Assembly: GCA_903839675.1 (NCBI GenBank)
Contig: CAIMDB010000035.1
Location: forward strand, 116,975-180,974
DNA length: 64,000 nt
Reading direction: 5' to 3'
From: an uncultured Sphingomonadales bacterium
Lineage (GTDB): Bacteria > Pseudomonadota > Alphaproteobacteria > Sphingomonadales > Sphingomonadaceae
The position numbers and the translations under genes were made by a program. The notes under the pieces were generated by a model. That model searched no databases. It saw only the letters and a list, made by a program, of their open reading frames with translations, and was not told the DNA's origin. The stretch's first letter is position 1; each line of letters opens with the position of its first letter. Shown piece after piece: positions 57,383 through 64,000 of this stretch.

Positions 57383-57772
57383 GTGACAAAAAGGGTGCTC
57401 GTTGTCGAGGACAACGAACTCAACCTCAAACTTTTTTGCGACTTGTTGCGCGCACACGGGCATGAGGCAGAGCCGGTGCGCGATGCGCGCGAGGCTCTGG
57501 AACGTGCGCAGCTTACGCGTCCGGACCTGATCGTGATGGATATTCAGATGCCGCACATCAGCGGCTTGGAGCTGATCGAGGCCGTGCGGCGCGATGTCGT
57601 TTTACGTCCGACGCCAATCATGGCGGTCACGGCTTATGCCGGAAAAGGAGATGAGGACCGCATCCGCGAAGCCGGTGCGGACGCCTTTGTCTCAAAGCCA
57701 ATCACGCTTGCGCGGTTCATGCAGAGCATCGACGAGTTGTCCGAACTGGCGGACGCCCGGGCGCTTCATTGA
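57383..57772 (+). CDS. divK: Single-domain response regulator DivK
   Basis: KRVLVVEDNELNLKLF, MDIQMP, AVTAYAGKGDEDRIREAG, SKPI; closely follows the DivK pattern; DUF3572/rpmG context. Confidence 0.8.
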   Translation: MTKRVLVVEDNELNLKLFCDLLRAHGHEAEPVRDAREALERAQLTRPDLIVMDIQMPHISGLELIEAVRRDVVLRPTPIMAVTAYAGKGDEDRIREAGADAFVSKPITLARFMQSIDELSELADARALH

Positions 57773-57819
57773 TTCGGAAATAAGCAAACAGACAGGCGCG
57801 ACAGCGCGCCCTGCCCGGT

Positions 57820-57987
57820 TTACTTGATCTTCGCTTCCTTGAACTCGACATGCTTACGCACGACGGGATCGTACTTACGGAAGGACATCTTCTCGGTCTG
57901 GGTGCGCGGATTCTTCTTCGTTACGTAGAAGAAACCCGTGTCGGCCGAGCTGAGGAGCTTGATCTTGACTGTGGTCGGCTTGGCCAT
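57820..57987 (-). CDS. rpmG: 50S ribosomal protein L33
   Basis: [27 protein letters not shown]...[18 protein letters not shown]. Confidence 0.97.
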   Translation of the reverse strand: MAKPTTVKIKLLSSADTGFFYVTKKNPRTQTEKMSFRKYDPVVRKHVEFKEAKIK

Positions 57988-58163
57988 GACCCTAAAACCC
58001 TTGTAGCTAATATGGAATCGCGCGGATACGCGGTAAGGCGCGGCAAATGGTCGAGGCGGCACCGTTTGTCAAGCGCAGCGCGCACCTATCCGCCAATCCA
58101 CGTGCCGGTAACGGCCTCGTAACACCCTGTTGATAAGGTTCAAGCCCGAACGGGGGACTGCCC

Positions 58164-58502
58164 ATGACTGCGACACCAAAGACAACAGGGTTCGATGCTG
58201 CCTGTCATTACAGGTCGCAGCTTGCCGACCGGATTGAACGCGTGACCCGCAGCCTGCCCGGCTGGCCAGTGCACCGAATCGCGGGCGAGATCGACGACAT
58301 CCGCCGAGCCGCGACCGAACATGGCCTCGCCACCGTCGCGCGGCTGGCCCATGTGCTGGAACATCGGTTGGGCGAAGCGGGCGGCGCTGTCACCGCGCTC
58401 TCCTTCCTTGAGGCGATGCGTGATGCTGTCCACATCGACACAACGGGCGAAGACATGTCCGGCCTCTACCTTGCGGCTCTGGGCCAGCGCTTTAACGGCT
58501 AA
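58164..58502 (+). CDS. Hypothetical helical protein, possibly HPt-like
   Basis: 112 aa; DDIRRAATEHGLATVARLAHVLE resembles the HPt helix pattern. Confidence 0.6.
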   Translation: MTATPKTTGFDAACHYRSQLADRIERVTRSLPGWPVHRIAGEIDDIRRAATEHGLATVARLAHVLEHRLGEAGGAVTALSFLEAMRDAVHIDTTGEDMSGLYLAALGQRFNG

Positions 58503-58508
58503 GGTCGG

Positions 58509-59057
58509 GTGGAGGCGCTTCTTCCGGCGCTCGTCGCCTGCCTGCTTGCTGAAATGGCAGGGCGTGTTCAGCTGACCACCGGAAGCTATGCCGTCACGCG
58601 CCCGGCGTGGGGCCTGTGCGCGGCCCTCCTGATCTCCACAACGATCAGCCTTGCGGTAGGCGCGGTCGGCGGGGCCTGGATGGCCCGTCTCGTCACCTAT
58701 GAGGCGCGGACGCTCCTTCTCGGCCTTGCCCTCCTGATGGCGGGGGCAACGATCCTGTTCCGGCCCAAGGCAGACCAGATGGCAGACGCCCCCAAGGGCG
58801 CGCCGCTCTGGCGTTATCTAGCGACGCAATTGGGGGACAATAGCCAGTTCATCGTCTTTGCCTTTGCAGCGCGCGGCAATGCGCCCGTGCTGGCGGCGCT
58901 GGGCGGGCTGTTAGGCGTGATGCTGGCGGCCAGCTTGCCGCTGCTGCTCGGCAACGACTTCCGCCGCCTGCCGCTCATCACGCTGCGGCGGGCATCGGGG
59001 ATGCTTTTGGTGCTCACCGGCCTCTGGTCGGCGCTCCATGCGCTCGAACTGATCTAA
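58509..59057 (+). CDS. TMEM165/GDT1 (UPF0016)-like membrane protein
   Basis: Two-repeat hydrophobic protein with AEMAGRVQ and QLGDNSQF in place of ExGDKT. Confidence 0.7.
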   Translation: MEALLPALVACLLAEMAGRVQLTTGSYAVTRPAWGLCAALLISTTISLAVGAVGGAWMARLVTYEARTLLLGLALLMAGATILFRPKADQMADAPKGAPLWRYLATQLGDNSQFIVFAFAARGNAPVLAALGGLLGVMLAASLPLLLGNDFRRLPLITLRRASGMLLVLTGLWSALHALELI

Positions 59058-59086
59058 AAAAACGATCAGTCAGACAAAGAGGCTTC

Positions 59087-59112
59087 GCAACACGAGGCGG
59101 GCCAACTGCGTT
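59087..59112 (+). promoter_or_regulatory. Probable EcfG/SigT general-stress promoter for dps
   Basis: GCAAC-N17-CGTT, one mismatch to GGAAC-N17-CGTT, 35 nt before the dps ATG. Confidence 0.6.
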
Positions 59113-59146
59113 ATACCTTCAACCATGCTCTGAAGGAGAACACCCC

Positions 59147-59593
59147 ATGCCCAACCGTACCCATATCGACGCGCTCAACGCTGTTTTGGCTGACTATTTC
59201 GCGCTCTACATGAAGACCAAGAATTTCCACTGGCACGTCTCCGGCCCGCATTTCCGCGATTTTCACCTGATGCTGGACGAACAGGCCGCAGAGATCATCG
59301 CCACGACCGACCTCGTCGCCGAACGCGTCCGCAAGCAGGGCGCCGTGACGCTCCACAGCATCGGCGAAGTCAGCCGCCTGTCCCGCATCAAGGACAGCGA
59401 CCAGACCGACCTCGACGCCAAGACGATGCTGAGCGAATTGCAGGCCGACAATCTAACGCTCGTTGAAAGCCTGAAGGAGCTCAAGGACTTGGTCGACGAA
59501 GCCAAGGACAATGCAACGTCCGGCATCGTGGACACCTGGACCGATGAAGCTGAACGGCGCGCTTGGTTCTTGGGGGAATCTGTGCGGGGTTAG
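59147..59593 (+). CDS. dps: Dps DNA-protection ferritin-like protein
   Basis: KTKNFHWHVSG..FRDFHLMLDEQ, DLVAER, ERRAWFL; GGAG RBS. Confidence 0.93.
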   Translation: MPNRTHIDALNAVLADYFALYMKTKNFHWHVSGPHFRDFHLMLDEQAAEIIATTDLVAERVRKQGAVTLHSIGEVSRLSRIKDSDQTDLDAKTMLSELQADNLTLVESLKELKDLVDEAKDNATSGIVDTWTDEAERRAWFLGESVRG

Positions 59594-59636
59594 CGCAACG
59601 CCCGAGCGCTCTGGCTTGAATGCCCTACGACCAACG

Positions 59637-59666
59637 AAAAAGGGCGGCACCTTTCGGCGCCGCCCC
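59637..59666. terminator. Terminator between convergent dps and cold-shock gene
   Basis: aaaaa-gggcggcac-ctttcg-gcgccgccc hairpin with T5 on minus strand. Confidence 0.75.
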
Positions 59667-59689
59667 TGATCTCTAACGGTTGGAACCGA

Positions 59690-60508
59690 TTAGTCCGAAG
59701 ACGAAAGGTTCACAGCCGAATTCTTGCCGCGGTTGTCGACTTCGATATCGAACTTCACGCGGTCACCTTCGTTCAGCGAGCCCATGCCGGCGCGCTCAAC
59801 TGCGGAGATGTGGACGAATGCGTCTGGCTGGCCATCATCACGCTGGATGAAGCCGAAGCCCTTCATGGAGTTGAAGAACTTGACAGTGCCCGTCGTGGTT
59901 TCACCGGTCAGCGTGCGCTGAACGCGGGCGGGACCACGGTCTGGACGGTCGCCGAAGCCACCACGATCCTGACGGGGAGCAGGCGCACGATCTTCAACCG
60001 GCAGCGGATCGCCATCGATCACGAGATCCGTTGCGGAAATCTTTCCACCACGATCTACAAGCGTGTAGCCAAGCGGCTGGCCTTCAGCGAGACCGGCAAG
60101 GCCGGCTTGCTCGACTGCGCTGATGTGGACGAACACGTCCTCACCACCACCATCTTGAACGATAAAGCCGAAGCCCTTTTGTCCGTTGAAGAACTTGACG
60201 ACGCCTTTGCCTTCGCCAACGACCTGTGCCGGCATCTGCGGACGCGGGCTGCCGCGGAAACCGCCGCCACCGCCGCCGCCGCCGCCGAAGCGATCACCGC
60301 CACCGCCGAAACGATCGCCGCCGCCACCGCCGCCGCCAAAGCGATCACCGCCGCCGCCGAAACGGTTTCCACCGCCACCGCCGAAGCGATCACCGCCGCC
60401 GCCGCCGCCGAAGCCGCCATCAAAACCACCACCGCTGTCGCCAAAGCTGTCACGCTTGTCGTAGCCACGCCCGCCGCGCTCACCGCGCCGACCTCTATCA
60501 AAACCCAT
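59690..60508 (-). CDS. Tandem cold-shock-domain protein with Gly/Arg/Phe-rich N-terminal tail
   Basis: Two CSDs, each with RNP1 KGFGFI and RNP2 VFVHISAVE/AFVHISAVE. Confidence 0.92.
   Translation of the reverse strand: MGFDRGRRGERGGRGYDKRDSFGDSGGGFDGGFGGGGGGDRFGGGGGNRFGGGGDRFGGGGGGGDRFGGGGDRFGGGGGGGGGFRGSPRPQMPAQVVGEGKGVVKFFNGQKGFGFIVQDGGGEDVFVHISAVEQAGLAGLAEGQPLGYTLVDRGGKISATDLVIDGDPLPVEDRAPAPRQDRGGFGDRPDRGPARVQRTLTGETTTGTVKFFNSMKGFGFIQRDDGQPDAFVHISAVERAGMGSLNEGDRVKFDIEVDNRGKNSAVNLSSSD
60258..60420 (-). repeat. Coding low-complexity tandem repeat (D/N)RFGGGG+ x5
   Basis: Repeated ccgccgccgaagcgatca units with variable GGC tract lengths. Confidence 0.85.
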
Positions 60509-60804
60509 CCGTCAAACTACTTTCTTCGTAATCGTTTTCGCCCGGAAATACTTAATCTGATCGCCGGACGATTGCGACATAGATTCGGCGTAATAGACAC
60601 CACGCCTTTCCCCAACATAACCCAGAACGCAAAGTTCCGATAGCATTTTTGCATTTCGACAAATCTGGGCTGTTCACATGTGCTTGCAGCCCTGTCCAAG
60701 CCGGTGCAAAGGGACGTGCTTGATATCCGCTTGGGCGTGGTCGCTGGCACAAGTGATTCCCCACACGACGCAGATGTCGGATGGCGGACCGGGAGATTTT
60801 TTGA

Positions 60805-61422
60805 ATGACTGTTTACCTGCACGAAGAAGACCTGCCCGAAGGCGTGCTGGGCGAAGGTCCGGTTGCAGTCGACACCGAAACCATGGGTCTGCACCCCGGG
60901 CGTGACCGGCTGTGCCTGGTGCAGATCTCAGACGGCAGCGGCGATGAGCATTTGGTGCGCTTCGCCGCGGGCACGAGCTACAATGCCCCCAACCTTAAAG
61001 CGGTGCTGGCAGATCCCAACCGCCTGAAACTATACCATTTTGCGCGGTTCGACCTCGCTTCTATCATGGCATATCTCAATATTATGGCGGAACCGGTTTA
61101 CTGCACCAAGATCGCATCGCGCCTTATCCGCACCTATACCGACCGGCATGGTTTGAAGGATCTCGTCCGCGAAACATTGGGCGTTGAACTGTCCAAACAG
61201 CAGCAGTCTTCAGACTGGGGCGCTGACGCTTTGAGCGAGGCACAAAAGGAATATGCCGCGTCTGACGTGCGCTATTTGCACCGCGTGAGAGAGATATTGG
61301 ACCCGCGCTTGGCCCGCGAAGGCCGCACCGAATTGGCTCAGGCCTGTTTCGATTTTCTGCCCAATCGGGCCCGGCTTGATCTTGCCGGATGGCCTGAGGC
61401 CGACATCTTCGCGCATGTCTGA
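60805..61422 (+). CDS. rnd: Ribonuclease D family 3'-5' exonuclease
   Basis: VAVDTETMGL, LCLVQI, HFARFD, SSDWG, YAASDV. Confidence 0.9.
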   Translation: MTVYLHEEDLPEGVLGEGPVAVDTETMGLHPGRDRLCLVQISDGSGDEHLVRFAAGTSYNAPNLKAVLADPNRLKLYHFARFDLASIMAYLNIMAEPVYCTKIASRLIRTYTDRHGLKDLVRETLGVELSKQQQSSDWGADALSEAQKEYAASDVRYLHRVREILDPRLAREGRTELAQACFDFLPNRARLDLAGWPEADIFAHV

Positions 61423-62056
61423 TCTCGCCCTCCAGGAACGCTCCGCGCGCCAAATTTGGGCGCGGCCTAACGGTAAGCACGACCGTTTGATGAAGCTTTT
61501 GCGAATCGGTCTGCCGATCCTCATCGGGACGCTTTTGCTGTTTCTCGTGTTCGCCCCGATCACCAGCCCCAATGGCGACGTCAGCTTCATGCTGGCAAAG
61601 GACAATGTCGCGATGTCGCGCGAACGTCTGCGGGTAACGGCAGCCACTTATCGCGGCGAAGACAGCAAGGGACGCCCGTTCCAAATCACGGCGGGTTCTG
61701 CTGTGCAAAAAAGCTCTCAGGACCCCGTCGTGAAGCTCAGCGAGCTGAATGCACGCATCCAGATGGCCGAAGGGCCAGCCACGATGACGGCCAACGCCGG
61801 ACGTTATGATATGAATCGTGAAGTTGTTCAGGTGGACGGTCCGTTGACCTTTCAGACAGCGGACGGTTACCGCGTGCAGGCAAATGACGTCGCGGTTGGC
61901 CTCAAGTCCCGCAAATTGGCGAGCGGCGGTGCTGTTAGTGGGCAATTGCCGCTTGGCACCTTTTCAGCAGGCAGTATTCGCGCTGACTTAGAGAAGCGCA
62001 CTGTGACGCTAGATGGTCGAGCGCGCTTGCATATCGTCCAAGGTGGAGCCAGATAG
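61415..62056 (+). CDS. lptC: LPS export ABC transporter periplasmic protein LptC
   Basis: N-terminal TM anchor plus beta-jellyroll; upstream of lptA-lptB-rpoN. Confidence 0.82.
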   Translation: MSDLALQERSARQIWARPNGKHDRLMKLLRIGLPILIGTLLLFLVFAPITSPNGDVSFMLAKDNVAMSRERLRVTAATYRGEDSKGRPFQITAGSAVQKSSQDPVVKLSELNARIQMAEGPATMTANAGRYDMNREVVQVDGPLTFQTADGYRVQANDVAVGLKSRKLASGGAVSGQLPLGTFSAGSIRADLEKRTVTLDGRARLHIVQGGAR

Positions 62057-62060
62057 CCGC

Positions 62061-62573
62061 ATGCGCAAAGCCCCTCTCCTCGCCTCCGTCGCTCTCCTTC
62101 TTGCTGTTCCGGCCCTTGGCCAGGCGCTAAAGGGCCACAATGCCAAATCGCCCGTCGATGTTGAGGCAAACAGCATCGAAGTGCAGGACCGCGCCGACCG
62201 CGCTGTGTTTTCCGGCAACGTCGTTGTGCGCCAAGCCGGCCTGACGATGAACGCCGGCCGCCTAACGGTCGCTTATGCCCGCGCAGGCGGCGGCGTCGAC
62301 ATTGACCGCCTTGATGCGTCAGGTGGCGTCGTCATCCGCAGCGACACAGAAACGGCGCGCGGCGACTTTGCAGTTTATGATCTCAACCGCAGGCTCATCA
62401 CCGTTATTGGCGGTGTTGAGCTCAATCAGGGCGGCAACCGCATCAGCGGCGGGCGCCTTGTGATTGACCTCGATTCCGGCCGCGCCGTCGTCGATGGAAA
62501 GAGCGCAGGCGGCGAAGGCGGCAGCGGCGGTCGCGTCACCGGACGCTTCACGGTAGCCAAAGACCGCAAGTAA
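62061..62573 (+). CDS. lptA: LptA/OstA family LPS transport protein
   Basis: Signal peptide, PVDVEANSIEV, AVFSGNVVVRQ, GRVTGRF. Confidence 0.88.
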   Translation: MRKAPLLASVALLLAVPALGQALKGHNAKSPVDVEANSIEVQDRADRAVFSGNVVVRQAGLTMNAGRLTVAYARAGGGVDIDRLDASGGVVIRSDTETARGDFAVYDLNRRLITVIGGVELNQGGNRISGGRLVIDLDSGRAVVDGKSAGGEGGSGGRVTGRFTVAKDRK

Positions 62574-62729
62574 TCTCTGTCCATCTCGGACATATTTCGA
62601 CCAACGACGCGGTAAATCCCTCACCTTGAGGTTGCGCTTACCCCCGTCCATGCAATAATCCTGCCAATAGAACAAAACCATTTACGCCACGTTCACCCGA
62701 ACGTGTCAGTGCAGCTGCAGGAACCACTG

Positions 62730-63503
62730 ATGAACGAAGCCGCAATCATAGACCGCGAAACAGCGGCTGCCACCGGGATAGGCACGGGGCTCTCAGTCGT
62801 CTCCATTGCAAAATCCTATGACAAGCGCGTTGTGCTGTCGGATGTGTCGCTGACCGTCGGGCGCGGCGAAGTGGTTGGCCTGCTCGGCCCCAATGGCGCG
62901 GGCAAGACGACCTGCTTCTATTCGATCATGGGTCTGGTCAAGCCGGATGCGGGACGCATTGAGCTGGACGGTCAGGACATTACAAACCTGCCCATGTACC
63001 GCCGCGCGATCATGGGGCTCGGCTATCTACCTCAGGAAACCTCGATCTTCCGGGGTCTAACCGTCGAACAGAATATTCAGGCCGTGCTGGAACTGGCAGA
63101 GCCCGACAAATCCGCCCGCGCCGCTCGGCTGGAAAAGCTGTTAGATGAATTCGGCCTCACACGGTTGCGCGCATCGGCCGCCATGGCGCTGTCCGGCGGG
63201 GAACGCCGGCGTTGCGAAATCGCCCGCGCGCTGGCGGCTGACCCGTCGATCATGCTGCTTGATGAACCCTTTGCGGGCATTGACCCCATCTCCATCGCCG
63301 ACATCCGTGATCTGGTGAAAGACCTGAGAACGCGCCAGATCGGCGTGCTCATTACCGACCACAATGTCCGCGAAACGCTCGAAATCGTGGACCGCGCCTG
63401 CATCATCTATGATGGCCGCGTGCTCTTTTCGGGCAGCCCTGCAGATCTCGTGGCTGATGAGAATGTCCGCCGCCTGTATCTGGGCGAGGGCTTTAGCTTG
63501 TAA
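62730..63503 (+). CDS. lptB: LPS export ABC transporter ATP-binding protein LptB
   Basis: [52 protein letters not shown]. Confidence 0.96.
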   Translation: MNEAAIIDRETAAATGIGTGLSVVSIAKSYDKRVVLSDVSLTVGRGEVVGLLGPNGAGKTTCFYSIMGLVKPDAGRIELDGQDITNLPMYRRAIMGLGYLPQETSIFRGLTVEQNIQAVLELAEPDKSARAARLEKLLDEFGLTRLRASAAMALSGGERRRCEIARALAADPSIMLLDEPFAGIDPISIADIRDLVKDLRTRQIGVLITDHNVRETLEIVDRACIIYDGRVLFSGSPADLVADENVRRLYLGEGFSL

Positions 63504-63505
63504 CC

Positions 63506-64000
63506 ATGGCGCTCGGCCCTCGCCTCGACTTGCGGCACAGCCAGTCGCTGGTGATGACGCCGCAGTTGCAGCAGGCGATCAAGCTGCTGGCGCTGTCCAA
63601 TCTGGAAGTCGAAGCCTTCATCGCTGAAGAGCTGGAGCGCAATCCACTGCTCGAAGCAGAACGCGAAGACCGTGGCGATACAGACGGAGAGCCTGCCACC
63701 GACGGTGACGGCGACTTTGGCGACAGTGATTATGACAGCGATGGAGACAGCGGCGATCTGATGACCGCTGACCGCTTGCTGGAAAGCGATGGCGGACCCG
63801 GCGCGGATGCCCCGCTGGATGTCGATTTTGCCGCTGAAACCTTCCACCATGACAGTGCGGCCGACGGCGGGCCGGGGCTGGATGGCTCCCTCGGGCTCGA
63901 CGGCGCATCCTCAGGCGGCAGCTTCGACGATGACGGGCCCGATTTTGATAGCTTTGCAGCAGGCGGGCTTTCGCTCCACGACCATCTGATCGCTCAAGCC
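63506..64000 (+). CDS. rpoN: RNA polymerase sigma-54 factor (runs off window end)
   Basis: Manual translation [34 protein letters not shown]...NPLLE; follows lptB. Confidence 0.95.
   Translation, partial: MALGPRLDLRHSQSLVMTPQLQQAIKLLALSNLEVEAFIAEELERNPLLEAEREDRGDTDGEPATDGDGDFGDSDYDSDGDSGDLMTADRLLESDGGPGADAPLDVDFAAETFHHDSAADGGPGLDGSLGLDGASSGGSFDDDGPDFDSFAAGGLSLHDHLIAQA

Noticed and set aside
60258-60420. Regularly spaced repeats that might suggest a CRISPR array
   Set aside because: They are in-frame codons for DRFGGGG units with no unique spacers and no cas genes.

Overview
64 kb of chromosomal backbone from a high-GC alphaproteobacterium. Gene content (PEPxxWA-CTERM protein, tdk inside the rbfA-truB operon, mipZ/divK, sugar TonB receptor, CCGTT-tagged palindromic repeats) points to Sphingomonadaceae. 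It is mostly housekeeping: parC (partial), pnp-rpsO, rimP-nusA-DUF448-infB-rbfA-tdk-truB, dinB, dnaN, lhr-type helicase, pgm-J-domain-mipZ/panC, divK, rpmG, dps, rnd-lptCAB-rpoN (partial). I found no tRNA, rRNA, IS, prophage or CRISPR. Three things stand out. (1) A four-gene signalling cassette at 18.2-23.7 kb: dCache sensor kinase, output-less REC-REC protein, REC-winged-helix regulator and soluble kinase with an unrecognised N-terminus, with a perfect TTAA-N7-TTAA (CtrA-type) box in the shared divergent promoter. (2) A fructoside utilisation locus at 24.8-32.9 kb: TonB receptor, LacI, ROK fructokinase and a signal-less GH68 with Gln at the polymerisation-determining position, linked by a thrice-repeated CAATCGATTG operator and adjacent to galT-galK. 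(3) An 88-bp palindromic repeat inserted in frame in truB, adding about 30 residues. All product calls come from motif recognition by eye; no database searches were run. Start codons were adjusted by hand where the ORF track overextends.
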